64,000 nt of DNA from Nitrosopumilus sp. (GTDB lineage: Archaea; Thermoproteota; Nitrososphaeria; Nitrososphaerales; Nitrosopumilaceae), in NCBI GenBank assembly GCA_965207075.1, contig CBDBLO010000002.1, forward strand, positions 288,001 to 352,000. Direction: 5' to 3'. Numbering within the stretch: position 1 is the stretch's first letter; each line of letters opens with the position of its first letter. The notes under the pieces are model-generated. The model made no database searches. It had not been told where the DNA came from and saw only the letters and a list, made by a program, of their open reading frames with translations. The position numbers and the translations under genes were made by a program. This document shows positions 40,355-50,711 of the stretch, piece by piece.

Positions 40355-41492
40355 GGGTGGAAATGACCCTGCCTACATTTTATACCTTTGTCAGATTGGC
40401 TGCAGGTTGCGGAGCCCAAAAATCGGCCTCCTCCCTCCCGCCAACTGCGACATCGCGTTCTTCACCACCACCACTCACTGTCCGCTCATCCGTGGCAGCC
40501 GTGTTCCTCTCCCCGGTGCCACCTCCTTGCAAATTCCTGCAGGCGCCACCGCGGCCCCTCAGACGACATGTGCGGCCCGTCGGTTGCCACCGCGCGAACA
40601 GGCCCGTGGGATCGAGTGATCTCGCCAGCGGACCTGGATTAGTGGGAAGGGGGAAGGGAAGGGCGGGAAATGACTTGTACTGCATCTCGCGCGCAGTCTT
40701 AGGCCTCCCTTGGCAAGTGCCTTGCTGCAGACGCGGCGTATGCCGGGCTCGGCCGGCAGACTTTGTGTCGGCCGTTACGTGCAGCTTGCCAAACGGCTTT
40801 TCCGCGCGTGCTCGTCCCGTAATGCAATTCTCGCGGATGATGAGGACGGGTCCGGACGGGCCGAGGGCAAGGTCGTACTTTTCCCCGTCACGCGCCGTGC
40901 GGTTCCGGCCGGCTCTTCCCTGACGCCGCTGATGCTCTGTCCCCCTCTATTTTTTGCGTCTTCAAATTCGTAAATGGACGCGTCAAGCTTTCAGGATCCC
41001 CCTGCGTAACGGAGTTCGGGCGAGTCGTCGTCTCCAGACGACCTGCTGTACATGCCCCGGTTCTGCCCGCATCCCTGCCGCGTAAGGGACGTGTGACTGC
41101 CGGGGAGACGAGCAGGCCGTTGGTGTAACTCGGAGGGACATGTTCCTGCGGCAGTTGAGACTTCTCGGCTCCCCCTTTTCACGCGGTTCCTGTACGTGTG
41201 CCACAGCGTCTTGTCCATCTTGGCACGTTTCTGTGGCTCCACTGCCACCGCCTCGGCCATGCGGCACGGCCAAGCATCCGGGTATGAGTCCACTTTCAAG
41301 ACGCGCCCAGATCCTAATCGCATGGCCCGATCGTGACGTTTCGCCACTCTAGGCGGGACTGTGCCACACAGCCTGTACACGCTCAGGCCTGTTCCGAGTT
41401 CGTGCCTGAGCGCACCCTGAGTTTTGAAATTTCAGGCACGGTGGCACGCCAACCGATGCTTTTTTATATGCCTCTGGTGACCCTTGTTTAGA

Positions 41493-43415
41493 ATGGAAAC
41501 AAGGACGATCGTACATGCCTTCGTACTAACCGTAGCAATTGCGGCGGGATCTATACTAGCAACTGACTTGTACGTAGGCAACGATCTCGGTACAGAGTCT
41601 GCCACTGCCCAGGAAGCGATGGCGCAGCTTGGCTCGCCCTTTGCCCGTGGAGACTACATGAGTTTTGATGTGCCTACTGGTGTAACCGCATCCTTCCCCC
41701 CGTTCCCCCCCTACCCCTTACCCCCATACCCTCCTGGTTATCAGGGTCCTCAATTCCCCTCCGGCTATGATTCCTATAACCATCCGGGTTTCACCATGGA
41801 CAACGGAAACGCCGTCTTTGGCGTGGTCATCCCACACCTTGGGACTTGGATTTACAACACAATATCGCCGAACTTTGCCGAGCCGTCTCTGGCGTTCCGC
41901 TATGTCACGATTATACTGAATGTAGGCTATGATGCCACGGCGCCTTACAGCGAAAATGCAAAGGGCGTCTATTCGCACATAGATAACCGCGACTCATCCG
42001 AGTATACGGATAGCACGAACATGAACACTGCATCAATACAAGCGATGTACCGCCTTGCAATGTCGTTCGACGACAGTGAGAAGGCACGGTGGGATAGAAT
42101 GCTGACTGACAGCGGACTTTCGGTAAGCGACTACAACTATTTTGGTCAGTCTGGTTTTACTTCGTCGACTTGTAGCGATTCGACTCAGCATCTGTCAGGG
42201 CTTTCCAGCGATAGGGCGGCTGTCGCCATCGGCAACATTGCCGCCCAGTGCGTCATAGAAGGACGCGCGAATGATGGCTTTAACCAGGTCTTTAATGGAG
42301 ATACCCGCAATCAGTTCAGGGACAATACCGGTTACACGCCCGTCAACACTGTCGATAACTTGGTGGATCTGTCACGGTGGCAGCCGCTGACATGGGAGAC
42401 AAGCGACGGCTATACAATCACGCAGAAGTACATCACCCCGCAGTGGGCCAACACAGAGCCGTACACCGTTGGGCTAGACCCGCGTGATCACCGCGCGCCT
42501 GTTCCCACAAAAAGCAACTATTACGCAAACCCAGCGGACTACAAGGCGCAGGCAGATGAGGTGTTGAACGCCGTTGCGGCCTTGACCCAAGAACAAAAGA
42601 TGTTAGCCGAGTACTTTGACAACAAGGCTCGCGAGACACTGTTCTTCCCCGCAGTGGAGGCATTGCCAAGAGACGATCTGAAAGGTCTTGTCGCGACCGA
42701 CGCGTGCCCGCCTAGATTTGTTCCGGGACAGGGACTTGTGCCCTATGCCGAGTGTCTGAACACCCGGGACTTTTGGCAGCTGGACTTTATGTTGCACATT
42801 GCGCAGTTTGACGCGGGCATTGTAACGTGGCAGGAAAAGACCCGTCATGACGCCGTGCGACCCATAACGGCAATCCAGTATCTCTATGACGGCCAGAATG
42901 TTGACCATTACACTGGACAGGTCGACGGAGGCGACTGGACACCCTACTTGGTCACGAGCGACCATCCAGAGTATCCCTCTGCCACGACTTGCTTCTGCGC
43001 AGCCCAAGCGGCGGCATGGAAGCTGTACCATAACGACGGCAATCCCAACGGCCCCGATGCCATTCCCGACATCAACGGAAATAATGCACCAGATGACTTG
43101 GCCGGTTTGCTGCTCCCAGGAAGTTCGGTACACGAGCCCGGCAACCCACCCCCTCCCGGTGTATACGTCTCATTTGAAACGTGGAGCGACTACACGGCTG
43201 AGTGCGCCGAGAGCCGCATATATGGCGGCGTGCACTTTAGGGATGCCGTAGACGCATCACTGAACCTCTGTGGCGATGTAGGCGAAAAGGCATACGAGTA
43301 CTTCGATACCCTGCTGGCCGGAACCGCCGACCTCAAGAGGCCTGCCGTGGCACTGTCGCCAGATCCACTGCGTGACCCATCCAACTTCCCTGCTAGGTCA
43401 TTGGTCTGCAGATAG
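41493..43415 (+). CDS. Secreted vanadium-dependent haloperoxidase-like / PAP2-superfamily protein
   Basis: Signal-peptide-like N-terminus, KTRHDAVRP (Kx6RP), HPEYPSAT and SRIYGGVHF. TTTATA at about 41463. GC is lower than in flanking genes. Confidence 0.85.
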   Translation: METRTIVHAFVLTVAIAAGSILATDLYVGNDLGTESATAQEAMAQLGSPFARGDYMSFDVPTGVTASFPPFPPYPLPPYPPGYQGPQFPSGYDSYNHPGFTMDNGNAVFGVVIPHLGTWIYNTISPNFAEPSLAFRYVTIILNVGYDATAPYSENAKGVYSHIDNRDSSEYTDSTNMNTASIQAMYRLAMSFDDSEKARWDRMLTDSGLSVSDYNYFGQSGFTSSTCSDSTQHLSGLSSDRAAVAIGNIAAQCVIEGRANDGFNQVFNGDTRNQFRDNTGYTPVNTVDNLVDLSRWQPLTWETSDGYTITQKYITPQWANTEPYTVGLDPRDHRAPVPTKSNYYANPADYKAQADEVLNAVAALTQEQKMLAEYFDNKARETLFFPAVEALPRDDLKGLVATDACPPRFVPGQGLVPYAECLNTRDFWQLDFMLHIAQFDAGIVTWQEKTRHDAVRPITAIQYLYDGQNVDHYTGQVDGGDWTPYLVTSDHPEYPSATTCFCAAQAAAWKLYHNDGNPNGPDAIPDINGNNAPDDLAGLLLPGSSVHEPGNPPPPGVYVSFETWSDYTAECAESRIYGGVHFRDAVDASLNLCGDVGEKAYEYFDTLLAGTADLKRPAVALSPDPLRDPSNFPARSLVCR

Positions 43416-43959
43416 CCGTCTTTGTTCCCTAGGACCCTTGGTTAGATACTGCTTTCAATTTGCGTGTTCCGGCCCGTCCGCCCCTAATCCGTTTCTATTC
43501 TCCTGCTAAGTGCGTCTGTTCTTGATGCCCCCATACTGTGTGCCTTCAGGTACTCTGCAAGGGACGTTTATTGCCCTTCCCTGCCCGTCCTCGTCACAGC
43601 CGTAAGGGTTCTTCCGCCTGAAGGAGTGGCGCATGACAGCGCGGTCCCCGGTATGTATCGGCGTATCATTGTGATAGCCGCGGACTATATGCAGAAGCGG
43701 AGGCGTGGCTCAAGGGGCACATGCAGGAATGAAATGAGCAGGATCCTCGCCGCCTAGCATGGAAAATGGCGCCCCGCTGACACTGCATGCTCCGACGAAC
43801 AGCTCCGAATGGTTCTGCCACGGACAGCTTGCACGAGGCATACGCGGATCGTCCTGTTCCAACCGGTCATTCGAGTAGGCGCGCATACGAGAGCCTCACG
43901 GGTTGGAGGCAGCACCTTACAGTAACCGATAAATGCACCGCGCATGGGCAAGCCAACAG

Positions 43960-45156
43960 TTGGATCTCGACACCATCACCCAGAACTCCATAATCTACGT
44001 CCTGATTGCGTGGGTTGTCATCGTGGTTGTCGCAAAGGCCGTCCGGCTCGACCGGCACGGGTTCTCGATAACCCCGTACAGCCTCACGTACAAGAACGCG
44101 GGCGTCAACTCGGTGCTCGTGCGGATGCTTGGCCGCACCCGGCGTGGCATACGGGTCTTCGCGGACGTGAGCGTGGTGGCCGGGTTCCTGATGATGGGCT
44201 TTGCGTTCTGGTTCCTGCTAAACAACGTGTCGAACTTTTTTGTGGCGCAGGACGAGTTCGCGGAGCTGACGGTCCTCATACCCGGCGTCACGCTGACGTC
44301 GGCCACGTCCATAATGTACTTTCTCCTGTCCATCCCGATAGTCCTGGTGATACACGAGGGGGCTCACGGCATAGTGGCCGCCCTTGAGAGGATAAAGATC
44401 AAGACGGGCGGGTTTGCCGTATTCATCGCGCTCTTTGCGGGGTTCGTGGAGCCCGACGAGGACGAGTTCAAAAAGGCAAAGCGCGTCTCCAAGCTGCGCG
44501 TCATCGGGGCGGGGGCCACGTCAAACGTCATATTCGCGCTCGCGCTCGGCGCCATACTCCTTACAAACCCGCTGTTTGCCATAGTGCTGCCCGATCCGAT
44601 CCGCGAGGCCTTTTACGAGCAGCCCGAGGGCGTGCTGGTGCTCTCAGTCATCGAGGGGTCCGGCGCCGAAGGGGCCGGGATGCTGTCAGGGGACATAATC
44701 ACCCGGATAAACGGCGCCGAGATAACCACGCCGCTTGACTTTCCGCAGCTGGAGCCCGGGGAGGTGGCCGAGGTGGAGGTGCTGCGCAGCGGCCAGTACG
44801 TGTCGTTTGAGGTCCCGATAACCCCGGCGCCTGACGATCCGGAGAGGGGGCTGGTCGGCATAATGCGCGACAACTCGCTTGCGTACAAGCCGGTGCTGGA
44901 CTTTATCGAGTGGAACGATCCGGCGCTCTCGATGTTCCTGCTGTGGCTGTGGATGATATCGTTCTTCATCGGGATAATCAACATGCTGCCCCTTCCGATC
45001 CTTGACGGCGGCAAGTTCATCCACAGTATACTTGATGAGAGGATATCCGAGCGGGCGCTCACCGTGGTAATGATCGGGACGTACGCGTTCACGTTCGTGC
45101 TGTTCGTGCTGAACATAGCGCTGTCCTATTTAAAGTCCGGATGGTTTACGATATGA
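43960..45156 (+). CDS. Site-2 protease (M50) with PDZ domain
   Basis: HEGAH, a PDZ-like segment (SGDIITRING) and NMLPLPILDGG. Confidence 0.93.
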   Translation: MDLDTITQNSIIYVLIAWVVIVVVAKAVRLDRHGFSITPYSLTYKNAGVNSVLVRMLGRTRRGIRVFADVSVVAGFLMMGFAFWFLLNNVSNFFVAQDEFAELTVLIPGVTLTSATSIMYFLLSIPIVLVIHEGAHGIVAALERIKIKTGGFAVFIALFAGFVEPDEDEFKKAKRVSKLRVIGAGATSNVIFALALGAILLTNPLFAIVLPDPIREAFYEQPEGVLVLSVIEGSGAEGAGMLSGDIITRINGAEITTPLDFPQLEPGEVAEVEVLRSGQYVSFEVPITPAPDDPERGLVGIMRDNSLAYKPVLDFIEWNDPALSMFLLWLWMISFFIGIINMLPLPILDGGKFIHSILDERISERALTVVMIGTYAFTFVLFVLNIALSYLKSGWFTI

Positions 45157-46268
45157 GCTCCCCGGCCACCCTGCAGGCCGGCGGCGGCCCGGGCGCCGGC
45201 GTAGCGCCGGGGACGTGCGACCGGTGCGGCACCGGGCGCGCCGCATACACGCGCAAGTACTCCGGGCAGTCCCTGTGCACCAAATGCTTTAGGCGCTCGA
45301 TATCAAGAAAGGCCGCAAAGACCGTCTCCAAGTATGGCATGATCAGGGACGGGGACAGGGTGGCAGTCGCGGTATCCGGCGGCAAGGACTCGCTTGCACT
45401 GCTGCAGATAATGCACGAGATGTCGCAGGGGCACAACTTTGAAATCGACGTCATAACCATAGACGAGGGGATCCCCGGATACAGGGACGAGGCGCTCGGG
45501 ATAGTCTCCGACGTGTGCGGCTCGCTGGGGGTGGGGCACAGGGTGTACGCGTACAAGGATCTCTTCGAGGTGTCCCTTGACGAGGCGCTCGGCCTGAGGC
45601 AGCGGCCGCAGAACCAACAGCAGGGAACCCGGGGAATGTCGTCGTGCTCCATATGCGGCACGCTCAGGCGCAGGGCCATAGACATCGCCGCGGCCGACGT
45701 GGGCGCCGACGCGGTCGCGACGGGGCACAACCTTGACGACATGCTGCAGACGTTTCTCATCAACATGCTGTCCGGCGACACCGACAAGATCGCGTGGATG
45801 GGTCCCGGCGGCGCGACGGGGGCGGCGGCCGATGCCGGCGCAAGCCCCCGGAGGATAAAGCCGTTCTGCGAGATCTACGAGTCGGAGATAGTATTCTATG
45901 CGTTTGCAAGCGGGCTCCCGTTCCAGCAGGAGCCGTGCCCCCACATGAACGAGGGGATAAGGACCGAGATACGCGAGTTCCTAAACTCGCTGGAGTCTGA
46001 ACGGAGCGGCATAAAGAACAGCATGTACGCGTCGGTTCTCCGAATCGTGCAGATGGCCCACGGGCGCGGCGCGGCGCCCGGGCCCCGGGAGGCCGGCGGG
46101 CCGGACGGCGCCGCTGACACTCCTGCCGCCACCATCCCCGCCCCCCCGGAATCCGCCGGCAAGCGGCGCTCTTCGTGCCCGCGGTGCGGCGCCAGCTGCA
46201 CGGGGGGAGACAGCGGAATATGCTCCGTGTGCGAGACGATGGCCAGGCTGGGTCGCATCCGCCGCTAG
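45153..46268 (+). CDS. ncsA: tRNA 2-thiolation protein (TtuA/Ncs6 family)
   Basis: CxxC zinc fingers, PP-loop SGGKDS, CSICGTLRR, ATGHNLDD and CPH. Confidence 0.9.
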   Translation: MSSPATLQAGGGPGAGVAPGTCDRCGTGRAAYTRKYSGQSLCTKCFRRSISRKAAKTVSKYGMIRDGDRVAVAVSGGKDSLALLQIMHEMSQGHNFEIDVITIDEGIPGYRDEALGIVSDVCGSLGVGHRVYAYKDLFEVSLDEALGLRQRPQNQQQGTRGMSSCSICGTLRRRAIDIAAADVGADAVATGHNLDDMLQTFLINMLSGDTDKIAWMGPGGATGAAADAGASPRRIKPFCEIYESEIVFYAFASGLPFQQEPCPHMNEGIRTEIREFLNSLESERSGIKNSMYASVLRIVQMAHGRGAAPGPREAGGPDGAADTPAATIPAPPESAGKRRSSCPRCGASCTGGDSGICSVCETMARLGRIRR

Positions 46269-46328
46269 CAGACATCCCGCCCGCCCCGCGATCTTAATGC
46301 AAATATAGCACTTCGGCCACCATACGTT

Positions 46329-46644
46329 GGTAGCAGGGAGGATTGGGGTGCCAGCCGTGCCCCGTTCTGAAACCGGCTATACGCAGAGATCAGTAACTGC
46401 TGGGTAAATCTCCAGATGGGCGGTTCCCGCTTGGCGTGCGGAAATGAAATCACGCCGGGGCGGGTGGTTGCAAGGCTGGAACTGTTCGAAGGGACGGCTT
46501 CCAAGCCTGAGCCACCGAAAGGGACTAGGTCCGGGAGGGAGCAATCCTAAGGTGGAGCTTCCACGCTTCCCCGTCAACGTGGCGGATCTTGTACGCCTCG
46601 AGATGGGGCCGCCTGTCTGGACTGGAGCCGGCAGGGCTGCTACC
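46329..46644 (+). ncRNA. ffs: Archaeal signal recognition particle RNA (7S)
   Basis: 316 nt bounded by complementary ends GGTAGCAG/CTGCTACC. Has a helix-6-like stem with GAAG tetraloop (AGGCTGGAACTGTTC-GAAG-GGACGGCTTCCAAGCCT) and a helix-8 motif CTAGGTCCGGGAGGGAGCA. Confidence 0.9.
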
Positions 46645-46674
46645 TTAATTAAAACCGCACGCGCAGCGCGGAGC

Positions 46675-47025
46675 ATGGACATGATGCCTTCGGGAGGGGG
46701 AGCAGATTCCCGCAGCTATGACGGGTTTGAGAAAAGCCAGCTGCCAGCTGAGATGCGCCCGGCGTTTGGCGCGCTCCGGCAGTTCTGCATGTCGCTTGGC
46801 GGCAACGTGATAGAGGATGTCAGGCCCCACCGCGTCGTATTCTGCAAGTCCATGAACACCAGGTGGTTTGCAGACGCCAAGCCCTCCGATGACGACCCCG
46901 GAGTGGTCATAATCAAGATACGCACCGGATGGCGGGATCCGATACGGATGGTTCGGATGGACCGGGGCGGCCCCTCCAGGGAGATCAGGGACGCGATTGC
47001 GGCCGCGTACGGTTCGGTGCGCTGA
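46675..47025 (+). CDS. Hypothetical protein (DUF5655-like)
   Basis: LRQFCMSLGGNVIEDVRPHRVVFCKS...FAD; start placed after the SRP RNA. Confidence 0.65.
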   Translation: MDMMPSGGGADSRSYDGFEKSQLPAEMRPAFGALRQFCMSLGGNVIEDVRPHRVVFCKSMNTRWFADAKPSDDDPGVVIIKIRTGWRDPIRMVRMDRGGPSREIRDAIAAAYGSVR

Positions 47026-47085
47026 CCGCGCGTCCGCGCGGCACCGGTTCCTGCGTGTGTCGGCACCACGCCGCGGCCCCGCCCG

Positions 47086-47367
47086 TCACGGGTACCTTAC
47101 GTCAAATGACTGGAACTCGCCGAGCGCCTCCTCGTTGCGGATCTCCACGTCTTCCACCCTGGCGTTTGCCGGCCCCGCATGCGCCCACTCTATGACGCGG
47201 CCGAGCGCCTCCTCGTCCCCCTCAAGAACGGCCTCTACGCGGCCGTCCTTGAGGTTCCTGACCCATCCAAGTATGTTGTTCTTCTTTGCCGTTACCTTGA
47301 GCGCCTGGCGGAAAAAGACGCCCTGCACGCGGCCCGTGACAAAGATTCGAACCCGGCGGTCTGCCAT
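47086..47367 (-). CDS. acyP: Acylphosphatase
   Basis: GRVQGVFFR and GWVRNLKDGRVE. Confidence 0.96.
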   Translation of the reverse strand: MADRRVRIFVTGRVQGVFFRQALKVTAKKNNILGWVRNLKDGRVEAVLEGDEEALGRVIEWAHAGPANARVEDVEIRNEEALGEFQSFDVRYP

Positions 47368-47485
47368 TCTGTACGGCCGTCGGACTGACCATTAATCAGT
47401 TTTGACATTGTGTCTGCGATGGGTGCGGCACAACGTAATACCACGGGCCGAGCCGCCAACTGCAGCCGTTGCCATGCCGCGGCTG

Positions 47486-48220
47486 CTAACGCCTCTCCTT
47501 GATCCTGGCCCTTCCGGTCTTTCTTGCGGCAATGCTTCCGACCTTTGCCCCCGGGGGCGCGTCTCTGGATACGGTGGAGCTCTGCCCCACGTGCTGGTGC
47601 CTTCCGCCCCCGTGCGGGTGCACGTACGCGGCCTGGGCCACTCCGCGGACTATGGGGTACTTCTTGCCCTTTGACCTGAACTTTCGCCACTTGCCGCCGG
47701 CGCTCATGAACGGCCTCTCGCTCACGCCGCCCCCTGCCAGCGTCCCGATCATGGCGCGGTTCTTTGGGTTCAGCGTGGTGAACTTGCCGGAGGGAAGCTT
47801 GACCGTCACGCCCTCGTCGCCGTGGGAGAATATCGTCGCGTTCGTGCCGGCCGACTTTACAATCGCGCCGCCGTCGCCGTAGTGCTTTTCTATGTTGCAC
47901 ACCACGGTGCCGTCCGGTATGTTCTGGACGCTGATCACGTTGCCTTCCGCAATGTCCGACTTTAGCCCGAACTGCACCATGGAGCCCACCTTGGTGCCCA
48001 GCACGGCCGGCACGAACGATACCGAACCGTCGCCGAACCTTATCTTGGAGAGCGGCGCGTCGCGGCCGCGCTCGTGGACCAGGTCAATGACCCTGCCTTC
48101 CAGCTGGTCGCCGAGCTTGAACCTTGGGTAGATTGCCCTTGCGCCCACCTTGCCGGTAAAGGAAGCCCTGAACTGGTTTCCCCCCCTGCCTCTTCTCCTT
48201 ACAAGTGGCCTCTTACCCAT
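47486..48220 (-). CDS. rpl2: 50S ribosomal protein L2
   Basis: MGKRPLVRRRGRG, VRGVAQAAYVHPHGGG and PPGAKVGSIAARKTG. Confidence 0.98.
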   Translation of the reverse strand: MGKRPLVRRRGRGGNQFRASFTGKVGARAIYPRFKLGDQLEGRVIDLVHERGRDAPLSKIRFGDGSVSFVPAVLGTKVGSMVQFGLKSDIAEGNVISVQNIPDGTVVCNIEKHYGDGGAIVKSAGTNATIFSHGDEGVTVKLPSGKFTTLNPKNRAMIGTLAGGGVSERPFMSAGGKWRKFRSKGKKYPIVRGVAQAAYVHPHGGGRHQHVGQSSTVSRDAPPGAKVGSIAARKTGRARIKERR

Positions 48221-48290
48221 TGTGATCGTGTCGGCTGGAGGACGGGATTTTAAGCTTTTGTTTATAATGCATGGCGTGCAAGCGACTGGC

Positions 48291-48698
48291 ATGGTAGCAG
48301 GAGCAGAGGCAGGAGCAGAAACGGCACCGGCAACCGAACCCGCGATAATAGTCTCGACATATCCGGACAAAGCGGCTGCAGCCGGCGCCGCAGCAGCTCT
48401 TGTGGGGTCCGGACTTGCGGCATGCGTGAACATATCTGAGATATCCTCGTTCTATTCGTGGGAGGGCAAGATGGTAGAGGACGAGCGCGAACACATCGCC
48501 ATATTCAAGACCACGTCGGACAGAAAGGAGGAGCTAAAGGAGAGGATAGGCACGACGCACCCGTACGACGTTCCGGAGATTGCAGAGATCGCCGTGTCTG
48601 ACATCAACGAGCCGTACATGCGCTGGCTTGCCGCCTCGACCAGTTCCCCCACCGCTGCCGCCACCGCCTCTGATGGCGGCCGAGGCAACGGCCCGTGA
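48291..48698 (+). CDS. cutA: Divalent-cation tolerance protein CutA
   Basis: LAACVN, SFYSWEG and HPYDVPEI. Confidence 0.95.
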   Translation: MVAGAEAGAETAPATEPAIIVSTYPDKAAAAGAAAALVGSGLAACVNISEISSFYSWEGKMVEDEREHIAIFKTTSDRKEELKERIGTTHPYDVPEIAEIAVSDINEPYMRWLAASTSSPTAAATASDGGRGNGP

Positions 48699-48777
48699 CG
48701 GCGATCGGTCTCTGACACTCGCGCCCGCACCATGTGATGCCGTAGATGATGGGAGAAAAGGCAGAGAGACGCCGCCG

Positions 48778-49902
48778 TCATTCCACCGCGTATCTTAGCA
48801 GCGCCACTATGCCGCCAAGCCCCGCCGCGCGCAGCCCTATGTCCGTCGACGAGTCCACTCCGTACACGTCGGCCCCGGACTCCTCGGCCATATTGAGAAG
48901 GTCCACCACCTTCTGCTCGTCACCGTACTGCTGCAGGGCCCCGTCGGCAAATATCAGCGAGTCTACTGCGCCCATCCTGGCCGCAGCTAGGGTCTCCTCG
49001 TACCCCATTGCATACCTTGGAACCTTCTTGTGCGCGTGCCCGATGATCCTGTCAAGTATGCCCGAGACGAGCGCCAGCTTGCTGCTTGAGATGGCCTCGC
49101 GCATAGCCTCCGACTTTGCAAATACGTGTATTCCGTCCTCGCCTCCGGAGTCTATCCCCTCCACCATTATAATCTCGTATCCGGGACGCCCCCCCCTTGG
49201 CTGCCGGCCGCCGATGTAGTTTGCAAACCTCTTCTTCGTGTTTCCGGGGCCGAACAGTATCAGGGTTCTGGATTCCTGCCCTCCGACTCCGCGCGCCGCC
49301 TCCTTTGCAACGGCGTCTATGGCCGACGCAACCTGGCCGAAAAAATCCTCCATGTTGTGGCTCGTCTTGTAGCGCTTGCCGCCCCTGCCAGAGTACATGT
49401 TGGGCGAGACGTCAAGGTGCGTGCCCCTTAGGAGCGCCACCCCGCAGTCGGCGGTGTCCATTGCGACCAGGATGAATGTCGAGTTGCCGCCCTTCCCGCC
49501 GCCGCCCTTGAGTATCCTGCGTTCCGTCCTGGCCCATCCGCCCTTCCCGCCTCCGGCCCTCTGGACTCTCTTTGAGATGGTGATGGCGTCGCCGGCCGCT
49601 ACCGTCATGGAGTGGTGCGTCCCGTGCGGGACAGAGTCGTTGTTTGACTCGTGCACGGTCCCACCTATCCTCAGCCTCTCAATCGTGCCGTCAAGCGAGA
49701 TCTTTTCTGCCATAATCGTGACCGTGATCCTGACGCGCTCGCCGCGGTCGGGCCTCGAGTAATCCCTGTCGCGCTTTAGCACCCGGGTCGTGGAACCCGT
49801 TATCATGTCGCCGCGCTTGATCACGCGGCGCAGCGCAAGCAGGTCGTCGGCGTCCTCCGCGATTGCGGAGAGTGCAGACTCGTCCTTTCTCTTGACTATC
49901 AT
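48778..49902 (-). CDS. pelA: mRNA surveillance / ribosome rescue protein Pelota
   Basis: EDADDLLAL, GTHHSM, FGPGNTK and LGGIVALLRY. Confidence 0.93.
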   Translation of the reverse strand: MIVKRKDESALSAIAEDADDLLALRRVIKRGDMITGSTTRVLKRDRDYSRPDRGERVRITVTIMAEKISLDGTIERLRIGGTVHESNNDSVPHGTHHSMTVAAGDAITISKRVQRAGGGKGGWARTERRILKGGGGKGGNSTFILVAMDTADCGVALLRGTHLDVSPNMYSGRGGKRYKTSHNMEDFFGQVASAIDAVAKEAARGVGGQESRTLILFGPGNTKKRFANYIGGRQPRGGRPGYEIIMVEGIDSGGEDGIHVFAKSEAMREAISSSKLALVSGILDRIIGHAHKKVPRYAMGYEETLAAARMGAVDSLIFADGALQQYGDEQKVVDLLNMAEESGADVYGVDSSTDIGLRAAGLGGIVALLRYAVE

Positions 49903-49992
49903 GGCTTGCGTCCCTGATGACAATGCCCGTGTCTGATAATAACGGTATTGCGTCGGAGCATGCTGTGCATGGACGCCTGCAGCATCGCCTTG

Positions 49993-50430
49993 CTATGGTG
50001 TATCGGCCGGGCCTGAGGCTGCCGCCGCCGCATCGCTGCCGTCACCCGTCTTCTCCCTGAGGTAGTCTTTCAGCCAGTCCATGGTTATCACGCCGGACTC
50101 CGAGAGGTTGGCCAGGGAGTTTGATGACGCCTCCCCGGTGACCTTGCCGTTGAACCGCCTCAGCTGGCGCCACTTGAGGTCGGTGTTTCCGCTCTTTGAC
50201 TTGTAGATGATGCCCAGCACGTCCCTTGCGTTCACGAACGTTACGTCCCTGAGTTTTTTTAGCGTGACCTTGTCCGCCGCCTCCACGTATATCTCGCCGC
50301 TTGACTCGCCGCGCTCGGCAAATATCTCGTGATCGTCAAGATAGCTTCTCGGCGCGTACGACCTGCACGTGCTGAATATGACGAATTTTCTGAAACTCTC
50401 AAGCGATGCCGGCGTCTCTATCCGAACCAA
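49993..50430 (-). CDS. Hypothetical protein
   Basis: 145 aa with coding-like codon usage; no motif recognised. Confidence 0.75.
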   Translation of the reverse strand: MVRIETPASLESFRKFVIFSTCRSYAPRSYLDDHEIFAERGESSGEIYVEAADKVTLKKLRDVTFVNARDVLGIIYKSKSGNTDLKWRQLRRFNGKVTGEASSNSLANLSESGVITMDWLKDYLREKTGDGSDAAAAASGPADTP

Positions 50431-50711
50431 TTTGCAGGACTGGAAGCTGGCCCTTTTATCAAGCTTTTTTCAGGGCCACGCCGGCCCCGCTCCCCGCAGC
50501 CTGGCCCGCACGGTGCCGCATGCCGAGCGGTCCGCACCCGCGGCGGCGGGCCCCGGCGCGCTTCTTCTGCCTCCTCCCCGCATTGAAAGGTTAATCAGTT
50601 CGCGCGCGGCAGGCACAGTGCAGGCAGTGACGAATCTATCCCTCTGATTCCCGGCCGACGGCCGCGGAAGGATGATGACGATCTTGAGTTCGGAGTCCTG
50701 CCATACTTTTA

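Noticed and set aside
46329-46644. Considered as RNase P RNA or a novel ncRNA
   Set aside because: It lacks the RNase P GAGGAAAGTCC signature, and its size and helix 6/8 motifs fit SRP RNA.
46444-46674. N-terminal part of the 193-aa ORF 46444..47025
   Set aside because: It overlaps the SRP RNA gene. The real CDS probably starts near 46675.
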